Source: Candidatus Marinacidobacterales bacterium (GTDB taxonomy: Bacteria > Acidobacteriota > Vicinamibacteria > Marinacidobacterales > SMYC01). Taken from it: a stretch of DNA of 64,000 nt. Below, piece after piece: positions 27,703-38,104 of the stretch; within the stretch, counting starts at the first letter, position 1, and each line of letters opens with the position of its first letter. The notes below the pieces were generated by a model. It ran no database searches, had not been told where the DNA came from, and worked only from the letters and a program-made list of their open reading frames with translations. A program made the translations under genes and the position numbers. The stretch spans positions 4,448,001 to 4,512,000 of the forward strand of contig OZ250169.1 of the NCBI GenBank assembly GCA_965237955.1, given 5' to 3'.

Positions 27703-28635
27703 GTGAATCATCTGATCGCTGTCGTTGGAATCGTCGCCGTCGGCCTATCTCCCATCTGGGTTGCTCTCGCGGACGTGTCCCCAGCCACGGCGGCGTTTTT
27801 TCGATCGAGCTACGCGCTCCCGGCGTTGACGCTCATCTGGTTTTTCGCTGGTAGAGGAGATGAGCGCTCGGCGCGTGCTCGCATGCTCGCCGTTGCGAGT
27901 GGGTTTCTGCTCGCGGTCGATCTCACGGTCTGGCATCAGAGCATCGCCTATATCGGCGCCGGGCTTTCGACTATCCTCGCGAACACCCAAGTTGTCTTCG
28001 TCGCGCTGCTCGCGTGGGTTTTCCACCGCGAGCAACCCACGAAGGCGGCGTTCCAGATAATTCCGGTGATCCTGATCGGTGCCGCCTGTATCTCGGGTCT
28101 CGGACAAGATAGCGCTTACGGCGTGGCGCCCGTCGCCGGTACTCTGTTGGCCTTGACGAGCGGCCTTTTGTACGCCATGTTCCTCCTCATGTTCCGAGCC
28201 TCGAATCGCGAGCTCGCTCGGCCCGCGGGCCCGTTGCTCGACGCAACGATTGGCGCTTCGGTGGCAACACTTGCCGTTGGTCAACTCGATCCCGGTTTCA
28301 GCCTCGAGCTCTCGTGGCCGAGCCACGGGTACTTGCTCGGGCTCGCGCTCGGCTCTCAAGTAGCCGGATGGCTCATGATCGCGTACGCGCTTCCTCGTCT
28401 CGCCGCGCTCGAGACATCGTTATTAATGTTGGTGCAACCAATGGTGTCGTTGATCGTCGCCGCGCTTCTCCTCAGCGAGCGCATCTCTTGGCTCCAGGGT
28501 CTCGGCATCGTTCTCTCTGTCGGAGGCGTCGCTTGGATTTCGGTGAAAGGCGCTACGAAGCCGGCAAAAGGAGAACAGGAATGGAGTTCAGACAACACTA
28601 TCTCGAAAACGCGCGCTTCGAGTTCCAGCGTATGA
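27703..28635 (+). CDS. DMT/EamA family transporter
   Basis: Two EamA-like repeats, about ten TM helices. Confidence 0.85.
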   Translation: MNHLIAVVGIVAVGLSPIWVALADVSPATAAFFRSSYALPALTLIWFFAGRGDERSARARMLAVASGFLLAVDLTVWHQSIAYIGAGLSTILANTQVVFVALLAWVFHREQPTKAAFQIIPVILIGAACISGLGQDSAYGVAPVAGTLLALTSGLLYAMFLLMFRASNRELARPAGPLLDATIGASVATLAVGQLDPGFSLELSWPSHGYLLGLALGSQVAGWLMIAYALPRLAALETSLLMLVQPMVSLIVAALLLSERISWLQGLGIVLSVGGVAWISVKGATKPAKGEQEWSSDNTISKTRASSSSV

Positions 28636-29114
28636 AGGGACTCGCCGAGCGCGCGATGGAGCAGATCCCGAGCGCGGACGGGTTCCACTTCGAGCTCGAC
28701 GAGGCCTCGAACTCGATCGCCGTTCTCATCCAGCACCTGAGCGGCAACATGGTTTCCCGGTGGACCGACTTCCTGACGTCGGACGGCGAGAAGCCAACCC
28801 GTCATCGAGACGCCGAGTTCGGGTCGAACCCGGAACGAACCCGCGACGAGCTCCTGAAAATTTGGGAACGCGGCTGGTCGTCACTCTTCGAATCACTCGG
28901 TGCGCTCGCCGCGGAGGACCTCGACAAGACGGTCGTCATCCGCGGCGAAGAGCACACGGTGCTCGAAGCTATCCAGCGACAAATCGCCCATGCTTCGTAT
29001 CACATCGGCCAACTCGTTTACGTTGCCCGACTTGTCAGCGCAGAAGGATGGCAGAGCTTGAGCATCCGGAAAGGCCAATCGGGAAGTGCGACCGGACGCT
29101 ACAAGAAGCTTTGA
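28581..29114 (+). CDS. DUF1572 / DinB superfamily protein
   Basis: SNSIAVLIQHLSGNMVSRWTDFLTSDGEKP, HASYHIGQ. Confidence 0.85.
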   Translation: MEFRQHYLENARFEFQRMKGLAERAMEQIPSADGFHFELDEASNSIAVLIQHLSGNMVSRWTDFLTSDGEKPTRHRDAEFGSNPERTRDELLKIWERGWSSLFESLGALAAEDLDKTVVIRGEEHTVLEAIQRQIAHASYHIGQLVYVARLVSAEGWQSLSIRKGQSGSATGRYKKL

Positions 29115-29343
29115 CGTCAGGGGCCCCGAGACCGTCCCAGATAGCCTCGAGCTGAAGCGTCTTAAGCTCTTCGAGCTGGGCGTCGGTGACCTCCACATCG
29201 CGCGAGCTCGCCAACATATCCATGCGCGGCGAGTACGTGGTGCGATTCGCCCGAAACCCTTTGGATGGTTCGACGTCCTGCGCGAAGGCCGCAAGCGAGC
29301 CAACGACCAAGACGACGATGGTTAGTAAGATTAGATTCCTCAT
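29035..29343 (-). pseudogene. 5' fragment of a secreted protein (possibly RraA-like)
   Basis: GGAGG RBS and signal peptide; reading runs into the convergent DUF1572 gene after about 75 codons. Confidence 0.4.
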
Positions 29344-29414
29344 GTGAATCCCTCCGGCTATAAAGGCACGGTGCGTAGGATAACCGAGCCGCCCAGAAGT
29401 TATAATCCCCGTAC

Positions 29415-30065
29415 ATGAAAAAACGTTTTCTAATGTGTGTCATCGCGCTCGTCTCGGCAGGCGCTTGCTCGTCTCGGCAGCCGCCACGAACCCCCGGAAC
29501 GCCGCCATCTCGCGTGGACGAAGGTCTCGCGTCTTGGTACGGCCTCGAAGAAGCGGGACGCGCCACGGCGAGCGGTGAGGCCATGGCACCCGAAAAACTG
29601 ACCGCGGCCCACAAAACACTTCCCTTCGGCTCGCTCGTGCGCGTCACCGATCTCGACACCGGAAAGCAAGTCGAGGTCATCATCAACGATCGCGGCCCGT
29701 TCGTCGGTGGCCGTATCATCGATCTCTCTTTCGCTGCGGCGCGCGACCTCGGCATCGTCGACAAGGGCGTTGCGAGGGTGCGCATCGAGGTGATCGGTCT
29801 CGAAGGTCCGCTCGCCGAGAGACGATGGCGCGTTCAGGTCGGCTCGTTCACGGACATGACCACCGCGACCGAGCTTTCGATGCTCTTGCAGGCGGAAGGC
29901 TACTCTTTCGTCTTGGTCTCCGAGTTCGAGGATGGAGGCATGCTCTACTACCGCGTCTGGGTCGGCGAGTTTCGGGAACGCGACGGCGCCGAGCGCCTTC
30001 AACGACAGCTCCAGCGAAACGGCCACCAAGGCTTCGCTTTGCTGGCTGCGGCCAGCAGTCGCTAG
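29415..30065 (+). CDS. rlpA: Septal ring lytic transglycosylase RlpA with SPOR domain
   Basis: Lipobox, GLASWYG, TAAHKTLPFG, INDRGPF, IIDLS; C-terminal VQVGSF SPOR. Confidence 0.92.
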   Translation: MKKRFLMCVIALVSAGACSSRQPPRTPGTPPSRVDEGLASWYGLEEAGRATASGEAMAPEKLTAAHKTLPFGSLVRVTDLDTGKQVEVIINDRGPFVGGRIIDLSFAAARDLGIVDKGVARVRIEVIGLEGPLAERRWRVQVGSFTDMTTATELSMLLQAEGYSFVLVSEFEDGGMLYYRVWVGEFRERDGAERLQRQLQRNGHQGFALLAAASSR

Positions 30066-30739
30066 CGGTTCACGCCTCGGCGCGGACATAGCTCCGCCAC
30101 CGCGCACACGTCGCACTTCGGGCCGATGGGCCGGCAGACCAGCTGCCCGTGCGCTACCAGGAGCAGGTTGACTCGAGCGCGCCAGCGCACCGGCACTAGC
30201 GGGCTAAGCGTTTGCTCGGTCTTCTCCGGTGTCTTCGTTCGAACCCAATCCAATCGGTTCGAGATGCGGTGCACGTGGGTGTCGACCGCCACTGCGGGCT
30301 TGCCGAAGCAGTGCGCGAGGATCAGATTCGCGCACTTGGGTCCGATTCCCGGAAGGGCCACGAGTCCCTCGCGGGTCCCGGGAACCTTACCGCCCTGATC
30401 GATGATTGCCTGAGATAGAGCCCGGAGCGTGCGCGCTTTCTGCCGATAGAAGCCCGCGCCGTACAACATGCGTTCGAGCCGACGGGTCGGAAGCGCTCGT
30501 AGCTCTTCCGGCGTTCTCGCCTCTGCAAAGATCTTTCGGCACACTACGGTTGTCTGCTCGTCGCGGACGCGCTGGCTGACGAGACAGCTCACGAGCTCCA
30601 TGAACGGCGACGTCCGGCGCGAAAATGGCCCCGCGTAGACGGGCGCTTCCCGATAACGTCCCTTGCGGGTCTCGCGCGCGAGCGTTTTGAGGACTTCGAC
30701 GATCCGTCGTTCGCGAGGGAGGCGTTTCGTGGTGCTCAA
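30062..30739 (-). CDS. nth: Endonuclease III
   Basis: HhH LPGIGPKCA, VDTHVHRISNRL, 4Fe-4S motif C-x6-C-x2-C-x5-C. Confidence 0.9.
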   Translation of the reverse strand: MSTTKRLPRERRIVEVLKTLARETRKGRYREAPVYAGPFSRRTSPFMELVSCLVSQRVRDEQTTVVCRKIFAEARTPEELRALPTRRLERMLYGAGFYRQKARTLRALSQAIIDQGGKVPGTREGLVALPGIGPKCANLILAHCFGKPAVAVDTHVHRISNRLDWVRTKTPEKTEQTLSPLVPVRWRARVNLLLVAHGQLVCRPIGPKCDVCAVAELCPRRGVNR

Positions 30740-30767
30740 GGCATCCAGAGAATAATATGGAAGCGCA

Positions 30768-32834
30768 GTGAGCAGGTACCGTATCGCCCTCGCACTTCTC
30801 CTCGCGTCCGCTGCCGCTTCGGCCGCGCAGACGGAGTCCCTTGCCGACGAGCAGGAGAAGTGGCTCGAAGAAGACGTCCGCTACATCATCACCGAGCGCG
30901 AGCGCGAGCTCTTCCGGTCGCTCGAAACGCTGGACGAGCGCGCACGCTTCATCACTGCCTTTTGGGCGAAGCGCGACCCGAACCGCACCACACCCGGCAA
31001 CGAGCTCAAGGACGAGCACTATCGTCGCATCGACTACGCGAACGAGTTCCTCGGGAGGGAAAGCTTTCTGCCGGGTTGGCGCACCGATCGCGGCCGCTAC
31101 TACATCATCCTGGGCGAGCCGAGAACGATACAAAGGTTCTACGGCAGAAACGCGCTCAAAGAGGCCGAGCTGTGGTTCTTTCAAGGTCAGGAAGGTCGCG
31201 GTCTTCCTGCTTTTTTCTACCTGTTGTTTTTCAAGCGCGACGAGGTCGGTGACTACCGGCTCTACCATCCTCTAATCGACGGCCCCGCGTCGCTTCTCCG
31301 CGGAACCGACATCAGCCGCGCGACGGACAACCTCGCTGCGGTCGAGAGGCTCGAGGAAATCGATACCGAGCTTGCGCACGCATCGCTTTCACTCGATGCC
31401 GGTGAACCGCCGGACTTGCTCACTGGCCGTGCTGCGGTTGGTGTCGATGCCCTGATAGCGCGCATCGAGGACTCTCCCAAGCGCGCCATCAACACGGACT
31501 ACATCGACGCGTGGACGGAGTACGGCAAGCGCGTCTCCGCCGAGTACTCGTTCAACTTCGTACCGAGCCGGCACCTCTTCGCCGTGATGGTAGGCCCCGA
31601 AGGGACGCCCATCGTCCACTACAGCATCGAGCTCGATCCGACGAGCTTCGGGCTTGAGACCGACGAAGACCAATCCAAGTTTTACACCACGCTCGATGTC
31701 ACCGTCGAGGCCACCAATTCCGATGGGATTCTCGTTCACTCGACAGCACGGTCGACGTTTATCGAGCTCACCCCGCAACAAGTGGAAGAAATCCAAACCG
31801 CGCCCGTCGCCTATCAGGACGATTTCCCACTCGTTCCTGGCACGTACGCGATTTCGGTCATCGCGCGAAACCGGGCCTTGAAGAACTACACCGTCGCCGA
31901 GGCGGACCTAGAGATACCCGAGCTCGCGCCACTAACACTAAAAATGACGCCCGCGATCGTCGACGTCATTCTTTGCCACCAAGCCACGGTCTCCGCCGAA
32001 GACATCGAACCAGACGAGCTGCGCACGTTCCAACTCGGCCGCGTGCGCCTCGAGCCCGCCACTGGAAACATCTTTGCCATCGGCGACACCGTTACCGTGT
32101 TCGCACAGGTTCATGCTCCCCCCGACGGCCCCGAGGGAACGACGACGCAGTTCGATCTTGTTTTAGGAGACGACGTACTCGCGAGCGACGCCGGTGCCCT
32201 CACCGGTAAGCTCTCGACGCTCGGCCTAGTCAGTGGCGACTACCAGGTTCGCGTGCAGCTCGTGGGCTCGGGCGGCGCGGTCGCCGCCGAAAAACGAGTC
32301 GGGCTAACGCTCTCCCCACGGACCCATGTCCCTCGGCCCGCGTTCGTCTACCGCCGCGGTTTCAACACCCAAGCGCCGGGACTTCTCGCTCTCGTACGCG
32401 GCGATCAGCTCTGGCGCCTCTCTCGCTTCGAGGCCGCGCAAGAAGCCTTCGAGGCTGCCGTGGCCGCGGGCAACCCGAACCTACCGCAGGCGCAATGGAA
32501 GCTCGCGACCGCGTACCTTCGCGCGGGTGACGCCGATCGCGCGCTGGCACTTCTCGCACCGCTCGAAGAGACGTTCCCCGTTCAGTTCGAAGTCGTCGCC
32601 GGGCTCGGCCTCGGCTTCTACCTAAAGGGAGACTACGAGAAAACTGTCGGCTACCTGGAGCGCGCCGCCGCAATCCGTCCTCCCGATACGAGTGTCTTGA
32701 ACGCGCTTGGTGATTCTCACCAACGCCTCGGCGACGAGGAAAAAGCGAAACGCTATTTCGAGCGCTCGCTCGAGCTCGACCCGGCTCAAGACGCCGTCAG
32801 CAAGCGCCTCGCTCGCATGGAACTTTCTCGTTAG
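30768..32834 (+). CDS. GWxTD domain protein with C-terminal TPRs
   Basis: FWAKRDP, PGWRTDRGRYYIILGEP; TPR helices. Confidence 0.88.
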   Translation: MSRYRIALALLLASAAASAAQTESLADEQEKWLEEDVRYIITERERELFRSLETLDERARFITAFWAKRDPNRTTPGNELKDEHYRRIDYANEFLGRESFLPGWRTDRGRYYIILGEPRTIQRFYGRNALKEAELWFFQGQEGRGLPAFFYLLFFKRDEVGDYRLYHPLIDGPASLLRGTDISRATDNLAAVERLEEIDTELAHASLSLDAGEPPDLLTGRAAVGVDALIARIEDSPKRAINTDYIDAWTEYGKRVSAEYSFNFVPSRHLFAVMVGPEGTPIVHYSIELDPTSFGLETDEDQSKFYTTLDVTVEATNSDGILVHSTARSTFIELTPQQVEEIQTAPVAYQDDFPLVPGTYAISVIARNRALKNYTVAEADLEIPELAPLTLKMTPAIVDVILCHQATVSAEDIEPDELRTFQLGRVRLEPATGNIFAIGDTVTVFAQVHAPPDGPEGTTTQFDLVLGDDVLASDAGALTGKLSTLGLVSGDYQVRVQLVGSGGAVAAEKRVGLTLSPRTHVPRPAFVYRRGFNTQAPGLLALVRGDQLWRLSRFEAAQEAFEAAVAAGNPNLPQAQWKLATAYLRAGDADRALALLAPLEETFPVQFEVVAGLGLGFYLKGDYEKTVGYLERAAAIRPPDTSVLNALGDSHQRLGDEEKAKRYFERSLELDPAQDAVSKRLARMELSR

Positions 32835-32926
32835 AGCTCAAAGGCACGCCGACTCCCTGCGCCAACGCCACCACTCCTTGGTGACTCTTTTCAGCACGTC
32901 ACATTCTGGCTATAATATAGCCAGAA

Positions 32927-33220
32927 ATGCGGTTCGAGGTCGAGCTCGCACCAGAGGCGGTCCAGGACTTTCGCCGCCTGAAAGCTGGGGTAAGAGCCAG
33001 GGTTCGAGAGGCCATGGAGACTCATTTGCGCCACGAGCCGGCGCGGACGAGTCGAGGCCGCATCAAGCGCCTGCGAGGCATTTCTCGGCCCCAATACCGG
33101 CTCCGTGTCGACGATGTTCGCATCTTCTACGACGTCGGCGACGGCGTCGTAGAGGTTCTTGCCATCGTAGAGAAATCACGAGCCTCGGAGTGGCTAAAGG
33201 AGATTGGAGAGAAGGAATGA
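32927..33220 (+). CDS. RelE/ParE family toxin
   Basis: IKRLRG...YRLRVDDVRIFYDV. Confidence 0.85.
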   Translation: MRFEVELAPEAVQDFRRLKAGVRARVREAMETHLRHEPARTSRGRIKRLRGISRPQYRLRVDDVRIFYDVGDGVVEVLAIVEKSRASEWLKEIGEKE

Positions 33221-33465
33221 AAAAAGTTGCCCTGTCAGACGTGAAAGACGATCTCTCCAGATACTTGCGTATCGCGGAAAAAGAGGAAGTCGTGATCACA
33301 CGGCATGGAAAGCCGGCCGGCATCCTCATCGGATTCAAGTCCGAGGACGATTGGTTCGACTACCGGCTGGAAAACGACGCTCGATTCCTGGAGAGGGTCG
33401 AAGCGGCAAGGACGAGCTTGCGAGCCGGCCGCGGTGTCCGGTTGGAGGACGTCAAGAAAGGATAG
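33217..33465 (+). CDS. Phd/YefM family antitoxin
   Basis: VKDDLSRYL...VVITRHGKPAGIL; ATGA overlap with the toxin. Confidence 0.85.
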   Translation: MKKVALSDVKDDLSRYLRIAEKEEVVITRHGKPAGILIGFKSEDDWFDYRLENDARFLERVEAARTSLRAGRGVRLEDVKKG

Positions 33466-33798
33466 GAAATTTCAGCGAATGGCCGAGCGCGTCGGGGCTC
33501 AATACTCTCACGCCGTCGAGCTCTGTCCCTTAAACTCGGTCTGACTCAACGATACGCTCCGCAACGCTCGAGCCTCCCCTCGATCCTTCGAATAACACGC
33601 TCGTACTCGGCCCCGCCGACGCCACCGTAATGGTACTGGAGAACACTGTCAGGGATTCCCTCGGGGAGGTCGTCCGCCCTCGGAAAGAACGCATCGACCC
33701 GGAATCCGCCTTCCAATCGATCCTGAAGCGCCCTAGCCCGATCGGCATCGAGCGTCGCGACTCGTGCGAAGAGCGTCCGCGCGCGATCGGCAAGGAGG
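33458..33798. repeat. 341-bp direct repeat, copy 1
   Basis: Matches 47674-48014 (offset 14216) with 2 visible mismatches. Confidence 0.92.
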
Positions 33799-34742
33799 CG
33801 GCGTTTTTGGAAGCCGCGATACCCCTGCTGGAGCTGAGAAAGAGCGAGGGGCTGAGGGTCCAAGCGGTGTCGATCGAAGAGGTCTATTCGGAGTTCGGCT
33901 TCGGGGAGACGACTCCCGAGGCGGTGAAGAATTTTCTGAGCTACGCGTACCACAACTGGAGGCCACCTTCGCCGCGCTACGTGGTGCTTGTGGGTGATGC
34001 GACGTATGACTTCAAGGATCGCTTGCAGACGGGAGTGACGAACCACGTGCCGCCTCGTATGGTGAAGACGTCTTATCTGTGGACGGCGTCGGACCCGAGC
34101 TATGCCGCCGTGAACGGCGAGGACATCTTGCCCGACCTCGCCATTGGACGCCTGCCGGCGGCGACGGTTGAACAAGTCCATGCGATGGTCCACAAAATCG
34201 TGGCCTATGAAACGGGACAGGCGGGCCTTGATCGGGCCGCGGTGGTGCTCGTGGCGGACAACCCAGACCGCGCCGGCAACTTTGAGGCGGATGCCGACCG
34301 ACTGGCGGCCAGCGTCCTCGCTTCGAAGAATCCCTACAAGATCTACCTGAGCCAGCTCGGCACCGCTGCCACTCGAGACGCGATTCTGCAGAGCTTCGAC
34401 GACGGAGCCTCGCTCGCTCCCCAGACCCAGCAGCCGCTCGTGCTCACAATGAATTGCCTAAACGGATACTTCCACTTCCCGTACTTCAACTCTCTCGCCG
34501 AAGAGCTCGTCAAAGCCAGCGACAAAGGTGCCATCGCAGCCTTCTCGCCCAGCGGGCTGAGCCTCAACGGCCCGGCGGGCCTCTTCCACCAGGCTCTTCT
34601 CGAAGAGCTCTTCAACGGAGCACACCCGCGCCTAGGCGATGCCGTCTTGGCCGCGCAGGAAGCTTATGCCGAGACGGGAGCCTTTCCCGAGCTTCTGAGC
34701 ATTTATCACTTGCTGGGGGATCCTGGCCTGAGGCTCAGATAG
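33799..34742 (+). pseudogene. C25 (gingipain-like) cysteine peptidase C-terminal fragment
   Basis: RYVVLVGDATYD, PDLAIGRLP, TMNCLNG, YHLLGDP; 5' end cut at the repeat; GHG catalytic-His segment absent. Confidence 0.8.
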
Positions 34743-34952
34743 AGGCACCCGCACGAATCCGGGGCGGACTTCAAGACACCCTACTGCCCCCCAAACGCAA
34801 ACAGAAGACGTCGAATCGTAATCCCGCGGCGAGCATTCGCTTCGAAGCTGGCCGTAGGTAGAACTGAAGAGCTCATTTCCAGCAGAGACCTTTCAAAAAA
34901 TGCCGACAATTGGCAAAGGATGGAATCCGCGCGGGCTGAAGGGGCTTCTAAT

Positions 34953-35262
34953 CTAATCGGGGACGGTGAGAACGTGGTTTATCTTTCCGCCGCTAGCTCG
35001 TGGGAGATCGCGATCAAATCATCACTTGGGAAGTTGACGTTGCCCGAACCTCCCGAACGCTACGTCCCGAGTCGCCTTGCCGCCCAAGAGATGCATGGGC
35101 TCGCCATCGAGCATGCTCACGCCTTGAAGGTGGCTTCGTTGCCGGCACATTTTCATGACCCTTTCGATCGTCTCATCGTTGCACAGGCACAATTGAGGGA
35201 CTACCGGTCTCACCGCAGATGAACACATCGCAGCCTACGAGGTCGATGCGATGTGGGCCGGG
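34953..35262 (+). pseudogene. VapC/PIN toxin fragment
   Basis: SAASSWEIAIK...HDPFDRLIVAQA; N-terminus missing; frameshift near 35200. Confidence 0.75.
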
Positions 35263-35422
35263 GGCGTGGCGACTCCCCGTGGTGATGGCGGCGGTAACGG
35301 GAGTCGCCCCGGGTCCAACGCAATGGAACGTCATTTGGAGAAAAGAACGATTTTTCCACACGTCCCGATGGGTGTTGTTCGTCGGCTCGGAACTTCCGTC
35401 CGGACGCACAGTTGTGAGCCCG

Positions 35423-35779
35423 TCACGCTCCCGTCTCGAGTGCGCGTGCCGCGGCCGCGAGCGTTCTGTCCCTCGTCCAAAGCGTGCTCTTGAAGAGAAG
35501 TGCAGACGCAAGTAGGTGCGTATCGATCCAGCCAAGTCCCTTGCCGTGGAGCTTCCGATCCGAGACCAAGTGCAACACCTCCTCATGGCTCGCCACCGTG
35601 GCCGTGGGTAGGGCCTCCAGCAAGGAGAGGATCTCGTGGCGGTTCTTCAGATTGCCGCAGGCCAGCTCGCCAATCACGAAAGGATGGCAAAGTACCATAC
35701 CTTCGTTCAGGAGACTCGCGAGCTCTGGGTCGCCCTTCCGCAAATGGTCGATCCAGACGGACGTATCAACCAGGATCAC
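35423..35779 (-). CDS. vapC: VapC PIN-domain toxin
   Basis: ILVDTSVWIDH, HPFVIGELACG, IDTHLLASA, LWTRD. Confidence 0.9.
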   Translation of the reverse strand: MILVDTSVWIDHLRKGDPELASLLNEGMVLCHPFVIGELACGNLKNRHEILSLLEALPTATVASHEEVLHLVSDRKLHGKGLGWIDTHLLASALLFKSTLWTRDRTLAAAARALETGA

Positions 35780-35967
35780 GCGCTCGCGCGACGGCGAGCC
35801 GGCTTGAGCTTCTTCTCGCTACCCCCTAGTGCCGACAGTCGACGAGCACTCTCGAGAGCAATCAACGCTTCGAGACCGAGGCGAACGAGAGCGGTTTTCT
35901 CTTTGACGCCGGTCAACCGCGCCGCCCGATTGAGAAGATCGTCTTCGATGTTGAGCGTTGTTCTCAT
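35776..35967 (-). CDS. vapB: VapB antitoxin
   Basis: MRTTLNIEDDLL...KTALVRLGLEALI; GTGA overlap with vapC. Confidence 0.85.
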   Translation of the reverse strand: MRTTLNIEDDLLNRAARLTGVKEKTALVRLGLEALIALESARRLSALGGSEKKLKPARRRASA

Positions 35968-36467
35968 ATGCATCAGTATGCACATTTCATACATATACGT
36001 CAAGCCCGCGGCCTGCACTCGGAAACGGCCCGGAGTCCGTCTGGAAGTGGTCGATTTCTCGAGACCGAGTGGCGCGACGTCGTCGCAGCGTTGGCAGCTC
36101 TCGACGTGGGAGTCCTATCGCGATGTGCCACGCCTCGGATGAAAGAAACGCCTCGGGGAGAGCAGCGGGCGACGCTGTGGTCGATTTTTGAGCGTGTGCG
36201 TTCGGATCTCGCGGTGCAGCGCTTCGTCACGATTTCTAGCGTGTTCGCGGGGCAACGGTGCATCTTTTGAACGAAGGAGAGAAACCCTTCTCATGAGCTG
36301 CTCGAAGCGTGCGGAGCTAGGATTCGCTCGAGACCTACTTGAAGATGCGCCCGAACGCACAGGGCGCCGATGAGATTCGGGCCTACGTCGATCGAGTGCG
36401 GCGCTGACGCACCCCCGTAGTCGACCCCATTAGACTTTCCGACCTGACCAGTGCTATACGCGCGTCC

Positions 36468-37439
36468 ATGCACTCGGGGAATTGGGGGTGGGTGCTCTTG
36501 GCCGCGGGAGTGTTGTCAGCCTGCGGCGACGACGGCTCTCCGATGACGCCCACGACGACGGCAACGAGAGCGCAGTCGCCGACGTCCGATTTTCCTGCCG
36601 GCACATCCATTCGCATCGTTTCCGGAGAGAATCGTGCGCCGATGCCGGGTGCCGAAGTCACCATCGGCGCCGACACGCTCGTCACCAACGACGCGGGTAC
36701 GATCACGCTCGAGCACGATTTCAACGAAGGGACGTTGGTGGATATTGTGGCGCCGGGATTCCTCGTCCGCCAAACGCGACTGCACAGACTCACCGGGGCG
36801 GAGTTCAGCCTCTGGCCTAAGGAGAGCAGCACCGGGTTGACCGAAGCGTTCGTTTTCGATGTTGTCTACCACCTGGCGCGGGGTGGCGAATCGAGCCACA
36901 TGATGCGGATTCGCCCTTTGACGGACATGGCGTTCGTAGTCCCGTCGGGCCAGATTCTCGGCGATGTCCGAGCCATGCGAGCCGTAAACGATGCAATCGA
37001 TGAGATGAACGCCTTTACGCGCGGTGAAGTGAATTTCGCGGTCGCGTCCGATCCGCCGCCGGGCTCGATCTATTTCGAGCTCGTGATCGACCCCGCGCAG
37101 CTCGAGGGCAACGTCGTCGGCCAGGCGCTCCGGAGATTTTCCGGCTGGAACATCATCGGAGGCACTGTTACCTACGACTCCCTCGAAACCGCGCGGACAT
37201 CGGCAACGCACCACGAGCTCAGGCACATGTTTGGTCTCGGGCACAGCGACTCGCGCGCCGACGTGATGTTCCCGTTCCTGCATCGTCGCGTCGAGACGTT
37301 CGCGCCCCGGGAACGTCTCCTGATGCGGCTCATGCTGGACCGTCCGGCAGCGAACCGGCAACCCGACAACGATCGCAACGTCGCGTCCGCTCAGGCTTTG
37401 AAGACGGAGTGGGTATCGGTCATCAGCTGTTACCGCTAG
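36468..37439 (+). CDS. Metzincin metallopeptidase lipoprotein
   Basis: Lipobox LSAC; HELRHMFGLGH (HExxHxxGxxH) and Met-turn DVMFP. Confidence 0.75.
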   Translation: MHSGNWGWVLLAAGVLSACGDDGSPMTPTTTATRAQSPTSDFPAGTSIRIVSGENRAPMPGAEVTIGADTLVTNDAGTITLEHDFNEGTLVDIVAPGFLVRQTRLHRLTGAEFSLWPKESSTGLTEAFVFDVVYHLARGGESSHMMRIRPLTDMAFVVPSGQILGDVRAMRAVNDAIDEMNAFTRGEVNFAVASDPPPGSIYFELVIDPAQLEGNVVGQALRRFSGWNIIGGTVTYDSLETARTSATHHELRHMFGLGHSDSRADVMFPFLHRRVETFAPRERLLMRLMLDRPAANRQPDNDRNVASAQALKTEWVSVISCYR

Positions 37440-37469
37440 CCGTGTGCCGTGGCCGATGGGGGCGGGGGC

Positions 37470-37733
37470 TCATTGGACGTCGTTTTCCGCCTCGCGGGCC
37501 TCGATTTCAAATGGGTTTCCATCGTAGCCGTACTTGACGTGGCACCAAAGGTATCGGACCAAGGAAACCAAACATCCGTCGTGGCGCCATTGCTCGACGT
37601 GGGCCCACTCGTGGCGGAGGACGCGCTCGTCGAGGCTCGTCTCGCGCGTCAACACATGCGACAACAACGTAATCGCGAAGTAACGCCTCGGCAGGAATAG
37701 ATGTGCTAGCAACGAGCGATAGTGAACGATCAC
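37470..37733 (-). CDS. Small HExxH zincin-like protein (DUF4157-like, possibly truncated)
   Basis: AITL...RHEWAHVEQW...NPFEIEA. Confidence 0.6.
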   Translation of the reverse strand: MIVHYRSLLAHLFLPRRYFAITLLSHVLTRETSLDERVLRHEWAHVEQWRHDGCLVSLVRYLWCHVKYGYDGNPFEIEAREAENDVQ

Positions 37734-37742
37734 GAGCTCACC

Positions 37743-38072
37743 CTAGTTGGACTCGGCTCTCCTGCGAGACGTCACCATTTTCTCGGCATCTTCGGCCGCA
37801 ATATTCTCAGCCGTCGTTTCCAGAAGGATTGCAGCGAGCTGCATAGGCTCGACCCGAATCCCCGTGTGTTCGTGGAGCCGCTTGGCAATCCGCTCGAGGC
37901 GCTTCAGCGTTCGAGGCGTGATGGGGACGAGCCGTTTATCACTCCAAGAAGAATCCGTGGGCCGCCCGCCTCCCGGAGGAACCTGAAAGCGCGCCTGTAC
38001 TTCCGCGGCGAGTTGTACGGCCCTCTCGGCCGCGATCGAGTCTAACGCTGACCGATGACAATAGCCTGACAA
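37743..38072 (-). CDS. Hypothetical protein
   Basis: GGGRPTD...LVPITPRTLKRLE...PMQLAAILLE, reminiscent of small DNA-binding proteins. Confidence 0.45.
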   Translation of the reverse strand: MSGYCHRSALDSIAAERAVQLAAEVQARFQVPPGGGRPTDSSWSDKRLVPITPRTLKRLERIAKRLHEHTGIRVEPMQLAAILLETTAENIAAEDAEKMVTSRRRAESN

Positions 38073-38104
38073 CCGAGCGGCCGTTTCGAGTCAGAATAGA
38101 GGGC

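Noticed and set aside
33478-33520. tRNA 3'-end remnant or att site inside the 341-bp repeat (TGGCCGAGCGCGTCGGGG...)
   Set aside because: No TTCGA T-loop or cloverleaf; similarity too weak
33546-34193. 215-aa minus-strand ORF and the 5' extension of ORF 33630-34742
   Set aside because: Chimeric read-through across the repeat/C25 junction, not genuine genes
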